A DNA stretch of 64,000 bases from an uncultured Clostridia bacterium. Lineage in GTDB: Bacteria; Bacillota; Clostridia; TANB77; CAG-508. The notes beneath the pieces are model-generated. The model was not told where the DNA came from, ran no database searches, and saw only the letters and a program-made list of their open reading frames with translations. Shown piece after piece: positions 7,871 through 15,115 of the stretch; positions within the stretch are counted from its first letter, which is position 1; every line of letters starts with the position of its first letter. The translations under genes were made by a program, and so were the position numbers. The DNA lies in NCBI GenBank assembly GCA_963557965.1, contig CAUWEX010000006.1, positions 3 through 64,002 of the forward strand. The letters are read 5' to 3'.

Positions 7871-8860
7871 ATGAATAATATTGAATTATCAACAATATAT
7901 TTACCTATGCTAGATGAGGTATATAAAAATGAAGCAAAAACATCTATTTTGGATGGAGATGAAACAACTGTACAAAAAGGACTAAATGGCGAAATTAAAG
8001 TGGCTAAACTAGATATGGATGCACTAGGAGATTTTGATAGAAGCTCTGGTTATACTAAAGGTAATACAAAACTTACTTGGGAAACAGTAAAGTATGATAA
8101 AGAACGTTCTCAAGACTTAAGAATTGATAGACTAGATAATCAAGAAGCTTTAGGATTACCTTTTGCAAAATTATCTGGAGAATTTATTAGAACAAAAGTT
8201 GTACCAGAAACAGATGCTGCTAGAATTGCAAAAATATCAGGAGTAAAAGGAATTTCAACAAAGAGTGAAACTATTGAAAATGGTGCAGATGTTGTAACAG
8301 CATTAAGAACTTGCACAAATAAAATGGATGAAGATGAAGTATCAACCGAAAATAGAATACTATTTATTACTCCAACTTTAAAAGGAATGATAGATGACTT
8401 AGATACAACTAAATCTAAGAAAGTATTAGAAAGATTTTCAACTATAATTGAAGTTCCACAAACAAGAATGTATACAGCTGTAACATTAAACGATGGAAAA
8501 GAAAATTATGGTTATAAGAAAGCAGAGGCAGTTTATGAAAAATCTAAAGACACATCAGTGCAAGAAGAAAAAACATATTATACAGAAAGTCAAGGAAAAT
8601 ATATTAAAGTAAATAGTCCATCAGGAGACCCATCTGCATCTAATTATTATGAAAAAACACAAGAAGAAGGAAAACAAATTAACTTCTTATGTGTAGAAAG
8701 AACAGCTGCAGTAACAGCTATGGACCAGTATATTAAATACTTTACGCCAGACCAAGACCAAATTGCCGATGATAATGTATTTAAATATAGAAACAACAAC
8801 TTATATGGACATGTATATGAAAATAAATTAGCTGGTGTATATTGTTCATATGAGGGATAG
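7871..8860 (+). CDS. Major capsid protein
   Basis: 329 aa. Positioned after the scaffold, with a strong SD. No protease gene present, so a non-HK97-processing SPP1-like arrangement. Confidence 0.75.
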   Translation: MNNIELSTIYLPMLDEVYKNEAKTSILDGDETTVQKGLNGEIKVAKLDMDALGDFDRSSGYTKGNTKLTWETVKYDKERSQDLRIDRLDNQEALGLPFAKLSGEFIRTKVVPETDAARIAKISGVKGISTKSETIENGADVVTALRTCTNKMDEDEVSTENRILFITPTLKGMIDDLDTTKSKKVLERFSTIIEVPQTRMYTAVTLNDGKENYGYKKAEAVYEKSKDTSVQEEKTYYTESQGKYIKVNSPSGDPSASNYYEKTQEEGKQINFLCVERTAAVTAMDQYIKYFTPDQDQIADDNVFKYRNNNLYGHVYENKLAGVYCSYEG

Positions 8861-8984
8861 GAGGAAACAAGATGTCTAAGACTTTTATAGGAATGAAAAT
8901 AAAACCAAAAGAAGAAATTAAAGCAGATAAAAAAGAAACTGCAAAAAAAACAACAAAAAAGAAATAGAAAGGAAGGCAATAGAA

Positions 8985-9284
8985 ATGGCAGATAATCTAA
9001 AAAAGATAGAAACAGATTTAGGTGCTAATTATAGAAATGATGAAGATGTTTTAAAAGATATATTAGAGGAAGTTAGTTCTATTGCCTCTGATATTTCTAA
9101 TAGACCCAAAGATGATGAAAAGTTATTTCCATACATAAAAAAGGCTGTTAAAGCCGAATATCTTGCAAGAGGTACAGAAGGGCTAACAAGTAGAAATGAA
9201 GGAAGTATGTCTAGCTCGTTTGAAGACATTATAGATAAGTTAAGGAATAATATTATTAAATCTGGACTGAGGAGGATTAAATAA
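8985..9284 (+). CDS. Head-tail connector / DNA-packaging (gp6-like) protein
   Basis: 99 aa, first gene after the capsid. Assigned by size and position. Confidence 0.5.
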   Translation: MADNLKKIETDLGANYRNDEDVLKDILEEVSSIASDISNRPKDDEKLFPYIKKAVKAEYLARGTEGLTSRNEGSMSSSFEDIIDKLRNNIIKSGLRRIK

Positions 9285-9616
9285 TGCTATTAAAAGATTT
9301 AACTAAAGTTTGGATATCTGAATATGAGAAAATAAACGACCATGGGGAAACTAAAAAAGTGTGGAAATATAAAGATATTGCATATCTTAATTTGCAACAA
9401 GACCTAAATGAACTAGATAGAAATAGTGCAGGAGAAGTAGATTATAGTATAGAGAATGCAAGAACTGATATGGAATATGATATAAAAAAAGGAAACGGAA
9501 TATCTATTTCAGATATATCAAAGCTTGACACTTTTGTACCAGACTACTTAGTTACTAATTGCCCTAAGATAGGAAAAACTACTTTATACAAACTGGAGAA
9601 ATATAATGGCAATTAA
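9284..9616 (+). CDS. Head closure / head-tail adaptor protein
   Basis: 110 aa, translationally coupled (ATAATG overlap) to the neighbouring gene. Assigned by position. Confidence 0.45.
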   Translation: MLLKDLTKVWISEYEKINDHGETKKVWKYKDIAYLNLQQDLNELDRNSAGEVDYSIENARTDMEYDIKKGNGISISDISKLDTFVPDYLVTNCPKIGKTTLYKLEKYNGN

Positions 9617-10148
9617 GTTAAAATGTAAAATAAAAGCGAAACATAACTTAAAAAATTTTAATCAAATAGAAAAGAAACTTCCACAAGCAATACAAAAAGG
9701 CATAGAAGAAGTATTAGATAACCTACAAACAGAAGCTATAAGATTAGAAAAAGGTCATAATGAAGATGGTATCATAGTAGACAGAGTAGATTTATCAACA
9801 GGAGAAATAAAAGGCAGAGTATATGCAGATCCAGATAAGTTTATGAGTGAAGAACAATCTTATTTATGGTTTGAATATTTTGGAACAGGACAATATGCTG
9901 AACAAGACCATATAGGAACGACAAAGCACTTTATTGAAAGTGGATATACCGAATGGTTTATTCCAGTAAATAAAGTAGATAAAGAATTAGGATTACCTAA
10001 GATTGAAATACAAGGTATGCCGTTCTATATAGCACATGGTCAAGAACCTAATCATTTTTTACAAGATGCAGAATTTAAAACTAGAGATACTAATATAGAA
10101 GCAGTAGAAAAACACATATATGAAATGTTGAAAGGAGTTTGTAAATGA
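9606..10148 (+). CDS. Neck/tail component (HK97 gp10-like)
   Basis: 180 aa, overlapping starts and stops with neighbours. Assigned by position in the head-tail joining module. Confidence 0.45.
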   Translation: MAIKLKCKIKAKHNLKNFNQIEKKLPQAIQKGIEEVLDNLQTEAIRLEKGHNEDGIIVDRVDLSTGEIKGRVYADPDKFMSEEQSYLWFEYFGTGQYAEQDHIGTTKHFIESGYTEWFIPVNKVDKELGLPKIEIQGMPFYIAHGQEPNHFLQDAEFKTRDTNIEAVEKHIYEMLKGVCK

Positions 10149-10552
10149 TACATAATTTTAGCACAAAAGATATGTCAGATTTAATATATGATGACCTATC
10201 TATAATTCAAGATAATGAAGGAAAAAACACAGAAATGGTATTAAAAACTCCTACAACAGAAAGTATATTTCCATGTCGTGTAATGGCAACACCATTAGAA
10301 ATTACGAATAAAACTAACAACGGAATACCTATTTTAAAAACATTTCAATTATCGATAGAACACTGGGATAGCGAGCAAAGATTTTGCATGGAAATGGCAG
10401 ATAGAACAGATAAACAATTACAAAAAAGAAATTTTATAAGGACTAATTCTAGTCCTATTATTTTTGACCCAATAACCAAAAAATATAAATTCATAACTAC
10501 ATATGAGGTTCGTTACAATGCATTAACGAATGCTTTTAGTTATATAAGATAA
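10145..10552 (+). CDS. Tail completion / terminator protein
   Basis: 135 aa, immediately before the major tail gene. Confidence 0.4.
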   Translation: MIHNFSTKDMSDLIYDDLSIIQDNEGKNTEMVLKTPTTESIFPCRVMATPLEITNKTNNGIPILKTFQLSIEHWDSEQRFCMEMADRTDKQLQKRNFIRTNSSPIIFDPITKKYKFITTYEVRYNALTNAFSYIR

Positions 10553-10572
10553 ATTATAAAGGAGGAACAAAG

Positions 10573-11019
10573 ATGGAAACAGGAACACCATATTCAACAA
10601 TGCTTAGTAAATTATACTATAGCGAAACAAAAGAAGGGGAGAAAAAACAAGTAGCTTGGGTACAAGAAATTCCTGAGTTTGACCCAGCACCAGAAGGAAT
10701 AGAATTTAATGCATTAGATACAGATTATACAGGACAAGTTCCTGGAAGGAGAAAAGCAGATGCTATTCCAATTCCTGTATTATTTACTGAGCAACAACAT
10801 GATACATTAAAAGCATTAGACAAGACAAAAGATTACTATTGGTTTATTTTATTGCCAGAAGAAACAGCAACTTCATCAAGCAAACCACTATGCTTTTATT
10901 TCCAAGCCAAAATGAGACTTGGAATGAATGCATTAGCAGTAGATGAAATGTTACAAGAAACTTTAACATTATATAAATCTACAGCTGTTGAAGAAAATAA
11001 AGGCTTACCCACAGCCTAG
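10573..11019 (+). CDS. Major tail protein
   Basis: 148 aa with a strong SD (AAGGAGG). Followed by a terminator and then the G/T chaperone pair. Confidence 0.6.
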   Translation: METGTPYSTMLSKLYYSETKEGEKKQVAWVQEIPEFDPAPEGIEFNALDTDYTGQVPGRRKADAIPIPVLFTEQQHDTLKALDKTKDYYWFILLPEETATSSSKPLCFYFQAKMRLGMNALAVDEMLQETLTLYKSTAVEENKGLPTA

Positions 11020-11072
11020 TTCTACATTAAGTGCTAGGAGTAGAACGAAAGTAAAAGCTAGCACAAAAAACT

Positions 11073-11102
11073 AGAGAAGGCATATAAAGCCTTCTCTCTT
11101 TT
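11073..11102 (+). terminator. Rho-independent terminator/attenuator after the major tail gene
   Basis: AGAGAAGGC-atataaa-GCCTTCTCT followed by CTTTT. Confidence 0.7.
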
Positions 11103-11119
11103 GCAAAGGAGAGAATAAA

Positions 11120-11569
11120 ATGATATTAGAAACAAATAATAAAAAAATAAATTTAGTACTAAGAACAAGAAAAATAGCAGATATTGCTAAAAAATTAGAG
11201 GGAAAAAACTTTGAAGATGTTTACTTTAAAGCTATGAATGAGTTTGATTTAGATGCTTTAAGTAAAATAATATACATATTAGCAGAAAATGAAGATAAAA
11301 CAAATGCTTTTAAAAATAGCACAGAAGTATATGACTTTATAGATGATTATATGGCAGAAAATAATAAAACATATAAAGATATATTCCAAGAGATAGCAGA
11401 GGATATAAACGAAGAGGGTTTTTTCAACAGCAAAATGACGAAGGAAGAATTAAAAGACAAGATGTCAAATCCTTTATCGTCAATGAATATGAACGATGTT
11501 ATAAAGAGCTCAGCAGAAAAAGCAATAAGCAAAGTAGCAGAAGAACAGTTTCAAGGATACAGAGCTTAG
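11120..11569 (+). CDS. Tail assembly chaperone (gpG-like)
   Basis: 149-aa acidic protein between the major tail gene and the T-like ORF. The -1 frame is open from 11377 through 11919. Confidence 0.65.
   Translation: MILETNNKKINLVLRTRKIADIAKKLEGKNFEDVYFKAMNEFDLDALSKIIYILAENEDKTNAFKNSTEVYDFIDDYMAENNKTYKDIFQEIAEDINEEGFFNSKMTKEELKDKMSNPLSSMNMNDVIKSSAEKAISKVAEEQFQGYRA
11419..11425 (+). promoter_or_regulatory. Candidate -1 slippery heptamer U UUU UUC in phase with gpG
   Basis: gag ggT TTT TTC aac in the G frame. The -1 frame continues without a stop into ORF 11653-11919. Confidence 0.4.
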
Positions 11570-11652
11570 AAGATATAACAGATAATATTAAAGCAACAAA
11601 AACACTAAAAGAACTTATTTTTGCATTAGAGCCATTAGCATATTACTTCAAT

Positions 11653-11919
11653 ATGAAACCAGAAGAATTTTGGAACAGTGAATATAGAGCGATTAATTTG
11701 TTTTTGCAGACTAATATGACAAAAATATTAGATGATTTTAAAATACAAATAGTATTACAAGAAGCGGTCACAGATAAATTAATAAAAGCGGACAGTATGA
11801 GTAAAAGACCAAAAGTAGTTCCGCTAAAGAAAATGTTTGCTAAACTATTTCCTAAAGAGAAAAAAACGAAATATCAATCTCCTGAAGAACAAATTGCAAG
11901 ATTGAGAAAACTAAAATAA
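11653..11919 (+). CDS. Tail assembly chaperone, gpT-like portion (probably made only as a G-T fusion)
   Basis: Lies in the -1 frame relative to G. The upstream in-frame sequence SLEDITDNIKATKTLKELIFALEPLAYYFN looks coding. Contains KPEEFW... Confidence 0.55.
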   Translation: MKPEEFWNSEYRAINLFLQTNMTKILDDFKIQIVLQEAVTDKLIKADSMSKRPKVVPLKKMFAKLFPKEKKTKYQSPEEQIARLRKLK

Positions 11920-11922
11920 GTA

Positions 11923-11951
11923 TTGCATAATTTGTAAAATAATGGTATTAT
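11923..11951 (+). promoter_or_regulatory. Sigma-A-type promoter (TTGCAT-17-TATTAT)
   Basis: TTGCAT 11923-11928, 17-nt spacer, TATTAT 11946-11951. Upstream of the Zn-ribbon gene. Confidence 0.45.
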
Positions 11952-11971
11952 TTTATCGGAGGGGATTAATT

Positions 11972-12259
11972 ATGAAATGTCCAAATTGTGGTAGCGAAAA
12001 TGTTCAAGTTCAACTTGTTGAAGCAGGACAACAAACCAGCAAAAAAGGTGTTGGATTTGGAGGAAGAATGAATAATACAGCTAGAGGGTTCACAGCTCTT
12101 TGTACATTAGGATTTTCCAACTTATTTTGGAAAAAATCTAAAGGAACAAACAAAACAAAAACAATAAATTCAACTATGGGGATTTGTCAAAATTGTGGCA
12201 ATACATGGGTAATAAACAAAGGAAAGCTCGGAAAAGCACCTACAAGTATATTTAGATAA
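11972..12259 (+). CDS. Double zinc-ribbon protein with a short hydrophobic centre
   Basis: MKCPNCGS...(hydrophobic GFTALCTLGFSNLFW)...CQNCGN. GGAGGGG SD before ATG 11972. Confidence 0.5.
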   Translation: MKCPNCGSENVQVQLVEAGQQTSKKGVGFGGRMNNTARGFTALCTLGFSNLFWKKSKGTNKTKTINSTMGICQNCGNTWVINKGKLGKAPTSIFR

Positions 12260-12361
12260 CTACTTCAGTGCAATAATGTACAGAAGCAATAAGAAAACAC
12301 ACATTACAGATATGTAGTGTGTTTTTATTTTGAAAAAATAAAAAAGATTTTAAAATACCTC

Positions 12362-12390
12362 TTGACATTTGTATCACACTACTATATAAT
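12362..12390 (+). promoter_or_regulatory. Perfect consensus sigma-A promoter (TTGACA-17-TATAAT) inside the late operon
   Basis: TTGACA 12362-12367, exactly 17 nt, TATAAT 12385-12390. Confidence 0.65.
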
Positions 12391-12412
12391 GATAGCACGA
12401 TACAGTTAGGAG

Positions 12413-12595
12413 GTGTTTAAAATAGAAAATAAAAGTAGAGCCGAATATTTTAGAGAAAGAAGAAAAACAAGAAAAGCATTTAATGTATTATTACCAAAAG
12501 AGAAATACGATGACATAGATAAAACATTAAAACAAAAAAATAAAACTAAAACAGAATGGCTCATAGAAAAAATTGATGAAGAAATAAAAAAATAG
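12413..12595 (+). CDS. Small ribbon-helix-helix-like DNA-binding protein
   Basis: ...RAEYFRERRKTRKAFNVLLPKEKYDDIDKTLKQKNKTKTEWLIEKI. The start is uncertain: the GTG abuts AGGAGG, and an in-frame ATA at 12422 has better spacing. Confidence 0.45.
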   Translation: MFKIENKSRAEYFRERRKTRKAFNVLLPKEKYDDIDKTLKQKNKTKTEWLIEKIDEEIKK

Positions 12596-12723
12596 AGAGA
12601 TAACCTGCTAAGTTTTGGCGAACAGCACAGATTATCTCACAAGTAAGAATTTTAGTTCCTACAAATATATTGTATCATAGTAGGGACCGAAATTCAAGTA
12701 AAACTGAAGGAGGTCTTTTTATT

Positions 12724-13056
12724 ATGCAAGAAAGAGAAAAAATAAAACAAATTTATAAGAAAAATAATGTAAGAGTAAGTGAAGATTATATTGACGATAT
12801 CATGAACAATGAAGAAAGAGTTAAGTCTTTTATGAGGATGTATAAACAAGAAGAAATATGGAGTATGAACGAAATCTTAGGAAAGCCATATAACAATTTA
12901 GTTTTTACTAAATTTGAATTAAAGGCTTGTTCAAAAATAGACTTGTTTGATAGGGCACAAATTAAATGGTGCAAACTATTTTGGAAAAATAGAAATAATG
13001 AAGAAATTTATCAAGAATTGCAAAATGCACTAAATGAAAGAAGGTGTATGAAATAG
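12724..13056 (+). CDS. Hypothetical protein (111 aa)
   Basis: GAAGGAGG SD then ATG 12724 (MQEREKIKQIYKK...). Overlaps the next gene by 13 nt. Confidence 0.5.
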   Translation: MQEREKIKQIYKKNNVRVSEDYIDDIMNNEERVKSFMRMYKQEEIWSMNEILGKPYNNLVFTKFELKACSKIDLFDRAQIKWCKLFWKNRNNEEIYQELQNALNERRCMK

Positions 13057-13685
13057 GAAAGATAAAAGATATTACAAACCAAAGATTTGGAAAATTTATA
13101 GCCTTAAAATATAAATACTGTAAAAAGGGAGAAGGAGCTATGTGGGAATGTATCTGTGATTGTGGAAAAACAGCGATTGTATCTGGACATAATTTAAGAT
13201 TAGGGAGAATAAAAAGTTGTGGTTGCTTAAAACATGAAACGGCTCCACATACGATACATAATTTAAGCAATACTAAAATATATAATGCTTATTGTGCGAT
13301 GATACAAAGGTGCTACAACGAAAATAATAAAAACTATAAAGATTATGGAGGCAGAGGAATAAAAATTTGTGATGAATGGTTACAAGATTTTATGAATTTT
13401 TATAATTGGGCAATTAATAATGGATATAATGAAAAATTAACAATCGATAGAGTGGATAACAATAGAGGGTATGAGCCTAATAATTGTAGATGGGTTACAA
13501 TGAAAGTTCAATCTATGAATAGAAGAAACAACTTAAAATTCAAATATAAAGGAAAAGAAAGAACGGTTAAAGAATTAGCAAATATAGCTGGGATTACTGA
13601 AAAACAATTTAGGCACAGACTAGAAAGAGGTTGGAGTATATTCAGAATCATAAATACACCAATTAATGCAAGTAAAAGAAAATAA
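13044..13685 (+). CDS. Phage-associated Cys-cluster / HNH-like (DRVDN...N) DNA-binding protein
   Basis: WECICDCGK...SCGC cluster. YGGRGIKICDEW and LTIDRVDNNRGYEPNNCRWVTMKVQSMN. C-terminal HTH-like ELANIAGITEKQFRHRLERGWS. Confidence 0.55.
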   Translation: MYEIGKIKDITNQRFGKFIALKYKYCKKGEGAMWECICDCGKTAIVSGHNLRLGRIKSCGCLKHETAPHTIHNLSNTKIYNAYCAMIQRCYNENNKNYKDYGGRGIKICDEWLQDFMNFYNWAINNGYNEKLTIDRVDNNRGYEPNNCRWVTMKVQSMNRRNNLKFKYKGKERTVKELANIAGITEKQFRHRLERGWSIFRIINTPINASKRK

Positions 13686-13729
13686 GTTTAATTTTCCTTA
13701 TTTAGAAGGAAGAGAGGAAGGTAGAAGAT

Positions 13730-14623
13730 ATGAAAGAACTAACAGAGTTCAACATAGAAAAAACAACAGCAGAAATTCTTATACTAAAAGACCAAACAGC
13801 ACAAAATATAATAGAAATAGGTAAAAGGCTTATAGAAGTTAAAAAAAATTTAGAGCATGGGGAATTTACAAAATGGTTAGAGGAAAGAATAGATATAAGT
13901 CATAGAACAGCAAATAATTTTATGAAGGTTGCAAAAACTTTTTCAAATTCGCAATCGATTGCGAATTTAGGAAGTACAAAATTATTTCTTCTAGCGGGAC
14001 TTGATGAAGAAGATAGACAAAAATTAATACAAGAAAATAATGTAGAAGATATGACAACAAGAGAATTAGAACAAGTAGTAAGAGAAAAGAAAGAAATAAC
14101 AAAACAATTAAAAATAGAACAAGAATATTCAAACGAACTACAAGAATCAATCAAAGAAAAAGAAAATCAAATAAGAACTTTACAAAATGAAATAGAAAAG
14201 ATCCAAGTACCGGAAAAAGAAATAATTGAAAAAGAAGTTGTTAAAGAAGTAGTTCCACAAAAACTAATTTTAGAAAAACAAGCATTAGAAAAAGAACTTG
14301 AAACATTAAGAAAAAGAGCAGAAAAAGCAGAAAACACTTTAAGTAGAATAAAACTAGATAAAGAAATAAACCAAGATAAAGTATACAGCAATACAAAATT
14401 AGAACATTTACTTGTAAATATAAAAGATTTTCTTGATAATGCTTCAAAATATACTTACTTGAAAGATGAATTGCAAAAAATACCAACTCAAAATAAAAAA
14501 ATATTAGAAAGCAAAATTAATGAGGTAGAAAGTTGGACGATGTTAATGAAGCAAGCATTAAGAAATGAAGAAAATATGGTTGGAAATATAATCTTTGGAG
14601 AAGGAGAGATAATAAATGAGTGA
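13730..14623 (+). CDS. DUF3102-domain protein with a long coiled coil
   Basis: IIEIGKRLIEVKKNLEHGEFTKWLEERIDISHRTANNFMKVAKTF matches my memory of DUF3102. The remainder is E/K-rich coiled coil. Confidence 0.65.
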   Translation: MKELTEFNIEKTTAEILILKDQTAQNIIEIGKRLIEVKKNLEHGEFTKWLEERIDISHRTANNFMKVAKTFSNSQSIANLGSTKLFLLAGLDEEDRQKLIQENNVEDMTTRELEQVVREKKEITKQLKIEQEYSNELQESIKEKENQIRTLQNEIEKIQVPEKEIIEKEVVKEVVPQKLILEKQALEKELETLRKRAEKAENTLSRIKLDKEINQDKVYSNTKLEHLLVNIKDFLDNASKYTYLKDELQKIPTQNKKILESKINEVESWTMLMKQALRNEENMVGNIIFGEGEIINE

Positions 14624-15071
14624 TATGATATTAAAAGAAAATAAAGGAATTGAACAAAAAAGTAAAGGATTAGATATAAATGATTTAATAAAAGGGCTTA
14701 CAGAAAGCCAAACAGTAATGAATTATGCCTTTGCAGGATTTAAAACTGAAACAGAACAAAAATTTCAGGAAGTAGATAATAGATTACAAGAACATGACGA
14801 AATAATTAAAAAGAAAATATATTTAAGTTCAAATAAAGCTAGATTATTTAGAAAAGCAGTAAAAGAGAAAGTTAAATTAATATGTGAAGAAAATAAACTT
14901 GAATATCATCAAATGAAATCTAAAATATTTCCTAGAATATATGGAAAAATAAATGACCAATATGGAGTAGCAACATATAGAGAATTACCTGAATATTTTT
15001 GGGACGATATTTTAGAAAGCTTAAGAAATATTATAATCAATGTAAATGATTTAAAAAATCAAGTAGCATAG
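14616..15071 (+). CDS. ORF6C-like domain protein (antirepressor-associated family)
   Basis: Overlaps the upstream gene by 8 nt. C-terminal ...IFPRIYGKINDQYGVATYRELPEYFWDDILESL resembles the ORF6C domain. Confidence 0.45.
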   Translation: MSDMILKENKGIEQKSKGLDINDLIKGLTESQTVMNYAFAGFKTETEQKFQEVDNRLQEHDEIIKKKIYLSSNKARLFRKAVKEKVKLICEENKLEYHQMKSKIFPRIYGKINDQYGVATYRELPEYFWDDILESLRNIIINVNDLKNQVA

Positions 15072-15076
15072 AAATT

Positions 15077-15099
15077 AGCACCAATTTATGGTGCTTTTA
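15077..15099 (+). terminator. Rho-independent terminator closing the inserted block
   Basis: AGCACCA-attta-TGGTGCT followed by TTT. Confidence 0.6.
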
Positions 15100-15115
15100 T
15101 TATACCTGAAAAGAG

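Noticed and set aside
8872-8967. A 31-aa Lys-rich ORF after the capsid gene
   Set aside because: It has an SD-like GGAGGAAAC, but the peptide is low-complexity poly-Lys from an A-rich spacer. It cannot be supported without conservation data.
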